Source: an uncultured Pelagibacteraceae bacterium
Lineage (GTDB): Bacteria; Pseudomonadota; Alphaproteobacteria; Pelagibacterales; Pelagibacteraceae
Length of the DNA: 64,000 bases
Assembly (NCBI GenBank): GCA_902594595.1
Contig: CACJMP010000004.1
Location: forward strand, 2,130-66,129
Reading direction: 5' to 3'
A model generated the notes under the pieces. It was not told the origin of the DNA, did no database searches, and saw only the letters and a list, made by a program, of their open reading frames with translations. Positions within the stretch are counted from its first letter, which is position 1, and each line of letters starts with the position of its first letter. Shown here in pieces: positions 31,528 to 40,877 of this stretch. Both the position numbers and the translations under genes were made by a program.

Positions 31528-32540
31528 TCTTTTTTTCCAAGTCTTTTCAATAAGCTTGTTGAAGTTGTGGTGAATTCAAATCTATATTTTTCATTAGGTC
31601 TTGCTAATTTAAAACATGCTCTTGCTGCTAAAGCACCTTCATGAAATCCAGACAAAATTAGTCTTAACTTACCAGGGTAACTACAAATATCGCCCACTGC
31701 ATAAATCCCTTTTTGATTGGTCTCAAATTTTTCTGTATCAACTTCTATAGTTTTTTTATTTAAATTAAGTCCCCAATTAGCAATAGGTCCTAGTTGCATA
31801 ATTAAACCAAAAAAACCCAATACATAGTCAACTTTTATAGTCTTTTTTTCTTCATCATCATTTTTTATATCTATACTTTCTAATAGACCATTGCCTTTGA
31901 CTGATGTCATTTGATATTTTGTAAAAAGATTTATTTTACCTTCTTTTACTAGCGCATGCACTTTATTGACTGTAGCTTGTGCTCCTCTAAATTCTTCTCT
32001 TCTATGTATCAAATTTACTTTAGAATTTTTTGATAATTCAACTGCCCAATCCAATGCACTATCTCCTCCACCAAAAATTGCTACTGATTTTCCCTCAAAA
32101 ATTTTTTTATCATTTACTGAATAAAATACAGATTTATTTTCAAATTTTTCACATTCCTTTACAGGAAATTTTCTTGGTTCGAAAGAACCAACTCCTCCTG
32201 CTATAATTACATTTGGAGTTGAAAATATTTTTCCATTGTTTGTCTTTACAATCCAGTTTTCATCATCTTTTTTTACTTCTTCTACTCTTTCAGTTAAATG
32301 AAATTTAATATCAAAAGGTTTTAGCTGATTAATTAAATTTTTTGTTAACTCTTCTCCTGTGCATTCAGGAACAGCGGGAATATCATAAATTGGTTTATCT
32401 GGATAAAGCTCTATGCATTGACCCCCTATTTTATCTAGATTATCAACTATCTCACAATTAAGACCTATTAATTTTAATTGGTGCGCTGTGAACAAGCCTG
32501 TTGGTCCTGCGCCTATAATGAGTGCATCTGTTTTAATCAT
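31524..32540 (-). CDS. Ferredoxin-NADP+ reductase (TrxB-like)
   Basis: IIGAGPTG, GGQCIELYPDKPIYDIP, GGGDSALDW, YPGKLRLILSGFHE; no CxxC; adjacent to fdx. Confidence 0.9.
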   Translation of the reverse strand: MIKTDALIIGAGPTGLFTAHQLKLIGLNCEIVDNLDKIGGQCIELYPDKPIYDIPAVPECTGEELTKNLINQLKPFDIKFHLTERVEEVKKDDENWIVKTNNGKIFSTPNVIIAGGVGSFEPRKFPVKECEKFENKSVFYSVNDKKIFEGKSVAIFGGGDSALDWAVELSKNSKVNLIHRREEFRGAQATVNKVHALVKEGKINLFTKYQMTSVKGNGLLESIDIKNDDEEKKTIKVDYVLGFFGLIMQLGPIANWGLNLNKKTIEVDTEKFETNQKGIYAVGDICSYPGKLRLILSGFHEGALAARACFKLARPNEKYRFEFTTTSTSLLKRLGKKE

Positions 32541-32541
32541 T

Positions 32542-32862
32542 TTAACCTTGTTTAGATGGAATATTAACTTTTAAACCATCCAATTCGTCTGAAACAACTA
32601 TCTGACAACTTAATCTACTATTTTTTTTTGGTTCGTATGCCATATCTAACATATCTTCTTCACCATCTTCTTTTTTTGGTAGTTTATCAAACCAATCTTC
32701 TGTGACATAAACATGGCAAGTTGCACATGCCATTCCTCCACCACAATCTGCGTCAATTCCAGGAATATTATTTTGAACAGCTCCCTCCATAACGGTTAAA
32801 CCATTGTCGACATCTATTGTGTGAGTTTCATTTTCAGATGTTATGTATGTTATCTTTGGCAT
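32542..32862 (-). CDS. fdx: 2Fe-2S ferredoxin (adrenodoxin type)
   Basis: [15 protein letters not shown]...SRLSCQ. Confidence 0.95.
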   Translation of the reverse strand: MPKITYITSENETHTIDVDNGLTVMEGAVQNNIPGIDADCGGGMACATCHVYVTEDWFDKLPKKEDGEEDMLDMAYEPKKNSRLSCQIVVSDELDGLKVNIPSKQG

Positions 32863-32881
32863 AAGAAATATTTATAAAGAT

Positions 32882-32923
32882 AAAAAAAAATAGGGCAAGT
32901 ATGCAAAAACATACTCGCCCTAT
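32882..32923 (-). terminator. Rho-independent terminator of proteorhodopsin
   Basis: Minus-strand RNA AUAGGGCGAGUAUG-loop-CAUACUUGCCCUAU (one G-U pair) followed by a long U run. Confidence 0.9.
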
Positions 32924-32943
32924 AAATTTAATCTAAAAAGCTA

Positions 32944-33717
32944 TTATCTAGCTCTTGATCCAGCTCCAGAACTTACTGCAGCAGCCCAGATTACTAGACC
33001 GAATGCAATTTTGTTAATGAAGTCAGCTAAATTGTAAACGACGTTAAGTGAATTAGCATCTACACCACCTGTTAAGTAACCGAATACATAACCTAGTGGG
33101 TAAATTGCCCAACCTACTGTAACAATCATTCTCATTGCACCGAAAGCAGTTACAAGTGCTTTGTTACCACTTTTAGATGCTGCTTTTCCAGCTTCACCTG
33201 AGAATATTTCATAAAGAATGTATACCCAACCAGCCATACCGATTATGAAACCAAGTGTAGCGTTGATGTATCCAGCTTCTCCTAAATATCCACCGATTAA
33301 CATTACTAATGAACCAATTAACAATCTCCAGAAAATTCCAGAGTTTGCTTTTCTTACAGCTACTAGAATTAAATAGAATTCTATCATCTGTAATGGCACA
33401 GTAATTAACCAGTCAATATATCTGTATACTGTTGGTGAGTCACCTGTAGTTACCCATACATCTCTCATGTACATGTAATGGATAAAAGCGATACCAGTTA
33501 CAAGACCTGCTACTGTTACAGATGTTTTCCATGCTGGATTAACTGTGCTCCTCTCCATAAAGAAAAAAGCTGTTGAAGCCAACATACCCATTGAAATTAT
33601 CCAAAAAGATATTCCAACGAAATCATCTTGAGCTAACATAGCGGTCGCAGCGTTTGCTACTGTTGTTACACCCATAAGGGCAACAACTGTAAGAGCAAAC
33701 AATTTAAGTTTTTTCAT
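32944..33717 (-). CDS. Proteorhodopsin, DTE proton pump, blue-tuned (Gln at position 105)
   Basis: Signal peptide, FIHYMYMR (His75), RYIDWLITVPLQMIEF (D97, T101, Q105, E108), ADFINKIAFG (retinal-binding Lys); GAGGGAG Shine-Dalgarno. Confidence 0.98.
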   Translation of the reverse strand: MKKLKLFALTVVALMGVTTVANAATAMLAQDDFVGISFWIISMGMLASTAFFFMERSTVNPAWKTSVTVAGLVTGIAFIHYMYMRDVWVTTGDSPTVYRYIDWLITVPLQMIEFYLILVAVRKANSGIFWRLLIGSLVMLIGGYLGEAGYINATLGFIIGMAGWVYILYEIFSGEAGKAASKSGNKALVTAFGAMRMIVTVGWAIYPLGYVFGYLTGGVDANSLNVVYNLADFINKIAFGLVIWAAAVSSGAGSRAR

Positions 33718-33744
33718 AAAAAACTCCCTCTTTAGTTAGTTTTT

Positions 33745-33792
33745 ACTTTGTTAGTTTATATAAACTAGGCTTAGGCTTCCCTAAGCCAAAGT
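33745..33792 (-). ncRNA. Candidate structured 5' leader (three-way junction) of proteorhodopsin
   Basis: Three perfect stems: 33745-50/33787-92, 33769-75/33780-86 and 33752-57/33762-67. Confidence 0.5.
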
Positions 33793-33932
33793 TGGGGCTT
33801 AAATATCAAATTAAAACAGTAAATTGAAGACAAAATTACCATTAATAAGCATTGATTTTACTGGCTTTTTAAAATTAAATACAATTTATACTATAATTAT
33901 CTATTAAATGTACAAACTCGAATCAAATTTTA

Positions 33933-35834
33933 ATGACCAATAAATTTAAAGAATTATATAAAAAATCTATCGAAAATCCTGAAATTTTTTGGCAAGAGGC
34001 CTCCAAAGATATATTTTGGTTTAAAGAACCTACTAAAATACTTAACAAATCAAACGCACCTTTTTATAAATGGTTTGAAGATGGAGTAACAAACACATGT
34101 TATAACGCATTAGACATTCATATTGACCAAGGTAATGGGAAAAGAACAGCCCTCATATACGATAGTCCTATTACAGGCAGTAAAAATAAGTTCACTTACG
34201 AGGAATTAAAATTAAAAGTTTCCAAATTTGCAGGAGCTCTTGAAAATCAAGGAGTGAAAAAAGGAGATAGAGTAATCATTTACATGCCAATGATACCTGA
34301 AGCAGTGATTGCTATGCTTGCTTGTGCCCGGATAGGAGCTATACATTCTGTTGTATTTGGGGGTTTTGCCTCAAACGAGCTTGCCAGTAGAATTGATGAC
34401 AGTAAAGCGAAAATATTGGTTACCGCTTCATGTGGCTTTGAGCCTGGAAGGACTGTAGAATACAAACCATTAGTTGATGAAGCTATCAAGCAGGCTAAAC
34501 ATAGGATTGATAAAATAATTTTATTTCAAAGACCTGGTCATGAAGTAAAACTAAATGCCCCAAAAGAAGTCAGTTGGGATGAGGCCGTATCAAATGCAAA
34601 AGAAATCGAATGCGTTGAAATGAATTCAAATGAATTTGCCTACATTCTATACACTTCTGGAACAACTGGCACTCCTAAAGGAATAGTGAGAGACATTGGT
34701 GGTCATATAGTTGCTTTAAAGTGGACTATGAAAAATATTTATAATATTGATGATGGAGATATTTGGTGGTCTGCAAGTGATATAGGCTGGATTGTAGGTC
34801 ACTCATATATTGTTTATGCACCTCTATTCAAAGGATGCACCACAGTTTTATTTGAGGGTAAACCCGTTGGCACTCCAGACGCCGGGGCTTTTTGGAAAAT
34901 TATTTCAGATTACAAAGTTAAATCTTTATTTACTGCGCCTACAGCATTTAGAGCGATTAAAAAAGAAGATCCTAATGGTAAATTTTTCTCAAAATATGAT
35001 CTTTCTAAGTTTGAAAGTCTATTTCTTGCAGGTGAAAGAGCTGACCCAGATACAATCAAATGGGCTGAAAATTTATTAAAAGTACCTGTAATTGACCATT
35101 GGTGGCAAACTGAAACAAGCTGGGCAATCAGTTCTAATTGTACTGGGATTGAAATGATGAAAACTAAATATGGATCAGCTTGTAAAGCTGTACCTGGTTA
35201 TGATGTGAAAATTATAAAATCAGATAAAACTATTGCCAAACCGAATGAGATGGGAGATATAGTTGTAAAGCTTCCCTTGCCGCCAGGAACTTTTCCCACA
35301 CTTTGGAATGCAGATGAAAGATATAAACAAAACTATATGAGTAATTATGAGGGTTATTATCAAACGTATGATGCTGGGCATATCGATGAGGATGGATATA
35401 TTTGGATTATGTCTAGAACTGACGATATAATAAATGTAGCTGGTCATAGATTATCTACTGGGGCAATAGAAGAAGTTCTCTCTGAACATAAGTCAGTGGC
35501 AGAGTGCGCAGTTTTAGGTATTGCAGACAAATTAAAAGGTCAATTACCTATAGGTCTAATAGTTCTAAAAGCAGGAGTGGACAAGGACAATGAAACTATC
35601 TCAAAAGAGTGTATTCAGATGGTAAGGGATAAAATTGGTCCAGTTGCTGCTTTTAAAATTGCAATCGTCGTTAAAAGGCTTCCAAAAACAAGATCAGGTA
35701 AGATACTTAGGGGCACAGTAAGAAAAATTGCTGATAAGGAAGATTACAAAATTCCAGCGACTATTGATGATCCTGCAATTTTAAATGAAATAAAAGAAGA
35801 TTTGGTTAAAAATAATATCCTAAAAAGTGACTAA
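33933..35834 (+). CDS. prpE: Propionyl-CoA synthetase (acyl-CoA synthetase)
   Basis: YILYTSGTTGTPKG, SDIGWIVGHSYIVYAPL, GKPVGTPDAG, DHWWQTE, NVAGHRLS, LPKTRSGKILR. Confidence 0.9.
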   Translation: MTNKFKELYKKSIENPEIFWQEASKDIFWFKEPTKILNKSNAPFYKWFEDGVTNTCYNALDIHIDQGNGKRTALIYDSPITGSKNKFTYEELKLKVSKFAGALENQGVKKGDRVIIYMPMIPEAVIAMLACARIGAIHSVVFGGFASNELASRIDDSKAKILVTASCGFEPGRTVEYKPLVDEAIKQAKHRIDKIILFQRPGHEVKLNAPKEVSWDEAVSNAKEIECVEMNSNEFAYILYTSGTTGTPKGIVRDIGGHIVALKWTMKNIYNIDDGDIWWSASDIGWIVGHSYIVYAPLFKGCTTVLFEGKPVGTPDAGAFWKIISDYKVKSLFTAPTAFRAIKKEDPNGKFFSKYDLSKFESLFLAGERADPDTIKWAENLLKVPVIDHWWQTETSWAISSNCTGIEMMKTKYGSACKAVPGYDVKIIKSDKTIAKPNEMGDIVVKLPLPPGTFPTLWNADERYKQNYMSNYEGYYQTYDAGHIDEDGYIWIMSRTDDIINVAGHRLSTGAIEEVLSEHKSVAECAVLGIADKLKGQLPIGLIVLKAGVDKDNETISKECIQMVRDKIGPVAAFKIAIVVKRLPKTRSGKILRGTVRKIADKEDYKIPATIDDPAILNEIKEDLVKNNILKSD

Positions 35835-35859
35835 AGCAGTTTAGATTAAAAAATTTAAG

Positions 35860-36894
35860 TCACACTAAATTAATCCAGTGAGATAATATTTTAGTATTAA
35901 TTTCAATTTCCTCAAAGGTTATAGAGGGAAAATTGGGGTTTTTTTTATCGTTAAGAATTTGATTTGATATATTTTGAATTTCATATGAATAAATATTTTC
36001 ATTATTTTCGAATTTTATATTTGATATTTCATTTCCTTTTTTTTGTACAACAATCATATTTCGATCTGGTACCCATGATTGATCAATAGTTAAAGAACCA
36101 TCTTCAAAATTTATTATAGTTTGTTGATTAAAATTTTCTTTAAATGAACAACTTATTTGAGAGTTAAATTTATGGCCGAAATTTATTTTCAAATTTGAAG
36201 ATATATCAACCCCACTATCACAATGCTCAGTAAAAACATTTTCTAAAATTATATCTTTAAATTGTACTTTGTAGGTCAAAGAGTTTATAAATGTACTCAA
36301 AGATACTGGATAACAGCCGATGTCTAAAATTGCACCTCCTCCTAACTCTTTATTAAAAAGACGATTGGAATAATCGGGTTTCTTAATTTTAATACCAAAA
36401 AAATTTTTTTGTTTGTAAACTTTTGTGCTAAAAGTTGAGTTTATGTCAACTATTTTACCTAAAGAATTTCTCTCTATAATTTCTTTCACCTTTTTAAAAT
36501 AGGGTAAATATCGATACATAAAAGCTTCTGTAAAAAAAATTTTTTCTTTTTGTAATTCACCTTTTAAGAATGATAAATCTTTTAAATTAATAAATGCAGG
36601 CTTCTCAACTAGAATATTTTTTTTCTGATTAATACATTCACTTATATACTTTGCATGCAATGAATTAGGTAAGGCAATATAAATAATATCAATATCTGGT
36701 GATAAAATTAAATCTTGGTAGTTATTAAAACAAAGTTTGTCTTCTATATTAAATCTTTTTTTAAATGATTGCAGTTTATCTTTATCAAAGCTTGCAATCC
36801 CTTTAATTTTAGCATTATCAACAATTGAAAATGCGTTTGCAAATTGATTTGCGATATGCCCCAATCCAATAATACCCCAACTAATTTTTTTCAT
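35860..36894 (-). CDS. Gfo/Idh/MocA family oxidoreductase
   Basis: WGIIGLGHIA, IYIALPNSLH, LVEKP, EAFMYRY, GGGAILDIGCYP. Confidence 0.9.
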   Translation of the reverse strand: MKKISWGIIGLGHIANQFANAFSIVDNAKIKGIASFDKDKLQSFKKRFNIEDKLCFNNYQDLILSPDIDIIYIALPNSLHAKYISECINQKKNILVEKPAFINLKDLSFLKGELQKEKIFFTEAFMYRYLPYFKKVKEIIERNSLGKIVDINSTFSTKVYKQKNFFGIKIKKPDYSNRLFNKELGGGAILDIGCYPVSLSTFINSLTYKVQFKDIILENVFTEHCDSGVDISSNLKINFGHKFNSQISCSFKENFNQQTIINFEDGSLTIDQSWVPDRNMIVVQKKGNEISNIKFENNENIYSYEIQNISNQILNDKKNPNFPSITFEEIEINTKILSHWINLV

Positions 36895-36979
36895 TTTTAA
36901 GGTATTTAAACTTCTTTTTACCCCCCGTTAACTCTTGGATAGATATAAATATTATAGGTTTTTTTTGCATTTTTAGAAT

Positions 36980-37016
36980 TTAATTATAACTTAAATAACA
37001 ATTTTGTTATAATTAA
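36980..37016. promoter_or_regulatory. Symmetric bidirectional promoter (11-bp inverted repeat carrying back-to-back TATAAT)
   Basis: TTAATTATAAC(36980-36990)...GTTATAATTAA(37006-37016); TGTTATAAT extended -10 on the plus strand. Confidence 0.55.
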
Positions 37017-37036
37017 GAACTTAAAAATAAACTTTA

Positions 37037-37822
37037 ATGCAAAAAGAACCTTTTGTTTCTGTATTGATAGCTAATTATAACAATTCATCATACATCCAAC
37101 AATGTATCAACTCTTTGAATTCACAAACATATAAAAATCTGGAGATAATTTTCTTTGATGATAATTCATCTGACAATTCTTTAGAGATAATTAAAAAATT
37201 TTCAAATGTGAAAATTATTGAAAATAAAATACAAACAAAGTTTGGTTCACTAAACCAGTTAAATGCATTTAGAAAAAGTATTAAAATAAGTAAAGGTGAT
37301 GTAATTTTTTTGTTAGACAGTGATGACTATTTCAAAAATGAAAAAGTTGAAAAAATAGTCAACTACTTTAAAAACAATAAAAAAGCTGAAATAGTTTTTG
37401 ATTATCCGTTTATTGTTGAAAATAAAAATATTTATACAGGTCGTAACAATAACAAAATCTTAAAAACATATTGGCCATATATTCATCCTACTAGTTGTAT
37501 ATCAATTAAAAGAAATAGTTTTCTTAAAATGTTAGATCTAGTATCTTACGAAGATTACACCGATGTGTGGATCGATTTAAGAATTTGTTTGTATTCTAAG
37601 TATATATTAAAAGATTTCCATATAATGAATGAAAATTTAACTTTTTATCGAAAAACTGTGTCAAACATATCTTCAAAATTTAAAAAATTTTCAAAAAATT
37701 GGTGGGAGAGAAGAAGACAAGCTCATGAATTTTTTCAAAAATTTTCTCAAGATAATGAAATAAATTTTGATAAAAATTTAGATTTCTTTGTTACTAAAAT
37801 AATATGTAGGTTTTTAAAATAA
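37037..37822 (+). CDS. GT2 family glycosyltransferase
   Basis: VSVLIANYN, FFDDNSSDNS, FLLDSDD. Confidence 0.9.
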   Translation: MQKEPFVSVLIANYNNSSYIQQCINSLNSQTYKNLEIIFFDDNSSDNSLEIIKKFSNVKIIENKIQTKFGSLNQLNAFRKSIKISKGDVIFLLDSDDYFKNEKVEKIVNYFKNNKKAEIVFDYPFIVENKNIYTGRNNNKILKTYWPYIHPTSCISIKRNSFLKMLDLVSYEDYTDVWIDLRICLYSKYILKDFHIMNENLTFYRKTVSNISSKFKKFSKNWWERRRQAHEFFQKFSQDNEINFDKNLDFFVTKIICRFLK

Positions 37823-38631
37823 TGAAACGAATATTATTAATTGGAAAAAGGGGTTTTCTAGGTAGTTATTTAAATAAATATTTACGTAAAAATTTTCAGA
37901 TAAAATTTATATCTTTTAGAGAAATTAGTAATCTTAAAAAAACTGAAGCTAAATATGATTATATAATCAACACCTCAATTAATAAAAATTATATTAATAA
38001 AAGATATGCTAAAAAATTTGATAATGATCTAAAAATTTCAAATTATTTAAATCCCAGGAAAAATATTTTTATCTTTTTAAGCTCGAGAAAAGTCTACAAA
38101 TCTAAAGAAAATATAAAGGAGACTGATAAATTAAATCCTCTTACAAATTACTCAAAAAATAAACTGATTACTGAAAATTTTTTAAAAAACAAATTCAAAA
38201 AAAATATACTAATCTTAAGAATATCTAATATCATCGGCTATAAATTAAATGTTAAAAAAAAACTCCATAAAACATTTGTTGATTTATTTTATGAAAAAGC
38301 CAAAAAAGGTTTTATCTATGATAATAAAGAAAGATTTAAAGATTTTTTATCGGTTCAGAAATTTAGTCAAATATTAATAATGATAATAAAAAAAGATTTA
38401 AGAGGTACTTATAATGTTTCGATTGGTAGAAAAATATATTTAAATCAAATAATTAAATGGTTAAATAAACATAATAAAAAAAATTTAAAACTTATAAATC
38501 ATAGTTCCACAAACAAAAACCAAAATTTTTATTTAAATAATAATAAACTGATGTCAAAAATAAAGATAAAGAATAGCTTGTTTGAGCTTAAAAAAGATTG
38601 TTTAGATTTAAGTAAAAAATTATTTAATTAA
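37822..38631 (+). CDS. NAD-dependent epimerase/dehydratase (extended SDR)
   Basis: IGKRGFLG, FLSSRKVY, YSKNK (YxxxK), LRISNIIG, KDFLSV. Confidence 0.82.
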   Translation: MKRILLIGKRGFLGSYLNKYLRKNFQIKFISFREISNLKKTEAKYDYIINTSINKNYINKRYAKKFDNDLKISNYLNPRKNIFIFLSSRKVYKSKENIKETDKLNPLTNYSKNKLITENFLKNKFKKNILILRISNIIGYKLNVKKKLHKTFVDLFYEKAKKGFIYDNKERFKDFLSVQKFSQILIMIIKKDLRGTYNVSIGRKIYLNQIIKWLNKHNKKNLKLINHSSTNKNQNFYLNNNKLMSKIKIKNSLFELKKDCLDLSKKLFN

Positions 38632-39931
38632 AATTTAAAGGCAGTCCTTCTGGGTTACCTAATATTTTTCCATTTAGCATTTTGATTTTACCATCAATAA
38701 TAGTCGCAACAGGGGATCCTTTGAAAATAAATCCATCAAAGGGTGACCACCCACATTTGCTCTCTATATTCTTATTTTGAATTTTTATTTCTTTATTCAT
38801 ATCCACTATAGTAAAATCAGCATCATATCTTTTTTTAATGTAGCCCTTATTCTTGATACCAAAAATTTTAATAGGATTTTCACAGACGAAATTAATCAGT
38901 TGTTTAAGTGATAATTTTCCAAGATTCACGTGGTTTAACATTACTGGCAATAATGTTTGTACTCCAGGCATTCCAGAGGGTGAATTTGGATATTCCTTTT
39001 CTTTATTAATTCTTAAGTGAGGTGCGTGATCAGAACCAATGGTATCATTAAAATTATTCTTAATTGCATACCACAGCCTATCGTAGTGAGATTTATCTCT
39101 TATAGGTGGATTCATTTGTGCATAAGTGCCAAGTTTTTCATAACAATCAGGTGCGTACAAAGTTAAATGCTGTGGAGTAATTTCAAAAGTAATATTGCCT
39201 TTATGCTGTGATAGAAAATCGACTTCTTGTTTGGTTGTAACATGTAAAATGTGGGCTTTTTTATTATAGCGTTCTGCTATCTTTACAATTCTTCTAGTTG
39301 ATGAAATCGCGCATTCTTCACTCCTCCAAATCGGATGAGTATGCACATCACCTTTTTTTATTAATTTTTTATTAACATTTAGAATTTCCTCATCTTCAGA
39401 ATGCACTGCAACAACTTTTGAACTATTTTGAAACACTGTTTCAATATCCTTTTCATTCGCTACCAGAAGATTTCCTGTTGAGGAACCTGCAAAAAGTTTT
39501 ATACCACAACATCCCTCTAAATTTTTTAAGTCGGCCAATTCATGTGAATTATCTGCAGTTGCCCCAAAGTAAAAGGCATAATTACAATACATTCTATCTT
39601 TAGCTAAATCTAATTTTCTTTTAAATTCCTTTTTACTGGATGTAGGAGGATTTGTATTTGGCATTTCAAAAACTGCAGTAATACCCCCAGCAACTGCTGC
39701 TCTACTTCCTGAATTTAAGTCCTCTGTATCAGTAGATCCTGGCTCTCTAAAATGTGTTTGAGTATCAATACAACCAGGTAAAACTGTTAATCCATCTGCA
39801 TCGAATATATCATTAGCTTTTTCAGAAATTTGACCGATGTCTTGTATTTTTCCATCTTTAACGGAAACATCTACATTCTCTAATTTACCCTGGATGTAAC
39901 ATTGACCATTTTTTATTAATAAATCTAACAT
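38624..39931 (-). CDS. pyrC: Dihydroorotase
   Basis: PGCIDTQTHFREPG, GGITAVFEMPNT, HSED, MNPPIR, GSDHAPH, SKCGWSPF. Confidence 0.92.
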   Translation of the reverse strand: MLDLLIKNGQCYIQGKLENVDVSVKDGKIQDIGQISEKANDIFDADGLTVLPGCIDTQTHFREPGSTDTEDLNSGSRAAVAGGITAVFEMPNTNPPTSSKKEFKRKLDLAKDRMYCNYAFYFGATADNSHELADLKNLEGCCGIKLFAGSSTGNLLVANEKDIETVFQNSSKVVAVHSEDEEILNVNKKLIKKGDVHTHPIWRSEECAISSTRRIVKIAERYNKKAHILHVTTKQEVDFLSQHKGNITFEITPQHLTLYAPDCYEKLGTYAQMNPPIRDKSHYDRLWYAIKNNFNDTIGSDHAPHLRINKEKEYPNSPSGMPGVQTLLPVMLNHVNLGKLSLKQLINFVCENPIKIFGIKNKGYIKKRYDADFTIVDMNKEIKIQNKNIESKCGWSPFDGFIFKGSPVATIIDGKIKMLNGKILGNPEGLPLNFN

Positions 39932-39977
39932 TTATAAAAAAAGTAATTATATTAAAAATTGTAGATATCAAGAAGAT

Positions 39978-40877
39978 ATGAAGAAAAATGTTTATATTTT
40001 GGAGGATCGGGCAATACTTTACATTAACGGAGTAGATGCCAAAAATTTTTTACAGAATCTTATTAGCAATGATATCAATAAAGTTACAGAAGTATCTAGC
40101 TGTTTTGCATCTTTATTAACTCCTCAAGGTAAATTCTTATTTGAGTTTATTATAGTTAAATATAAATCTGGATACTTTATAGATTGTGAAAAGAGTCAAT
40201 GTGAGGAAATATTTAAACAACTAAATCTCTATAAAATAAGATCGAAAATTGAAATTTTAAACTTAAGTAACGAATTTGTAGTTGCTTGTTTTGATTACGA
40301 GAAGTACCTAAGTATGGAAGGTGCAAAAGATATTTTGGGCTTTACTTTTAGATATAGAGAAGATCCGATTATTTTAGATCCAAGAAATAAAAAATTGGGT
40401 GCAAGATTAATTATCAACTTAGAAAAGCTTTACTTGTCTCTTAAAAAATTAGATCTCAATAGTGATAAAATTGATAATTATTATTCTAAAAGTCATAAGC
40501 TTGGGATTGTTCCAAAAGACCTAAATAAACTACAAAATAATTTATTTGGTATTGAATGTAATTATGAAGAGCTAAACGGAATTGATTTTAAAAAAGGTTG
40601 TTATATTGGTCAAGAAAATACCGCAAGAATAAAATTAAAAAATAAACTTTCAAAAAGATTATTACCGTTAGAAATAATAAAGGGATCTATATCTGATGGT
40701 GAAAAGATCTATATTAAAGATACTGAGATTGGAAAAGTTTTAATTAATGGTAAATACTCATTCGCTTTGATAAAGTTTTTAAATAAAAGGTTTATTAAGG
40801 AGTTTGTATGTAGAAGTGAAAACGGGATATTAAGAATTTTTATTCCTAAATGGCTTCAATCAAAACTTAATGAATAA
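39978..40877 (+). CDS. ygfZ: Folate-binding Fe-S cluster repair protein YgfZ
   Basis: FLQNLISND, LLTPQGK, KGCYIGQE signature. Confidence 0.9.
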   Translation: MKKNVYILEDRAILYINGVDAKNFLQNLISNDINKVTEVSSCFASLLTPQGKFLFEFIIVKYKSGYFIDCEKSQCEEIFKQLNLYKIRSKIEILNLSNEFVVACFDYEKYLSMEGAKDILGFTFRYREDPIILDPRNKKLGARLIINLEKLYLSLKKLDLNSDKIDNYYSKSHKLGIVPKDLNKLQNNLFGIECNYEELNGIDFKKGCYIGQENTARIKLKNKLSKRLLPLEIIKGSISDGEKIYIKDTEIGKVLINGKYSFALIKFLNKRFIKEFVCRSENGILRIFIPKWLQSKLNE

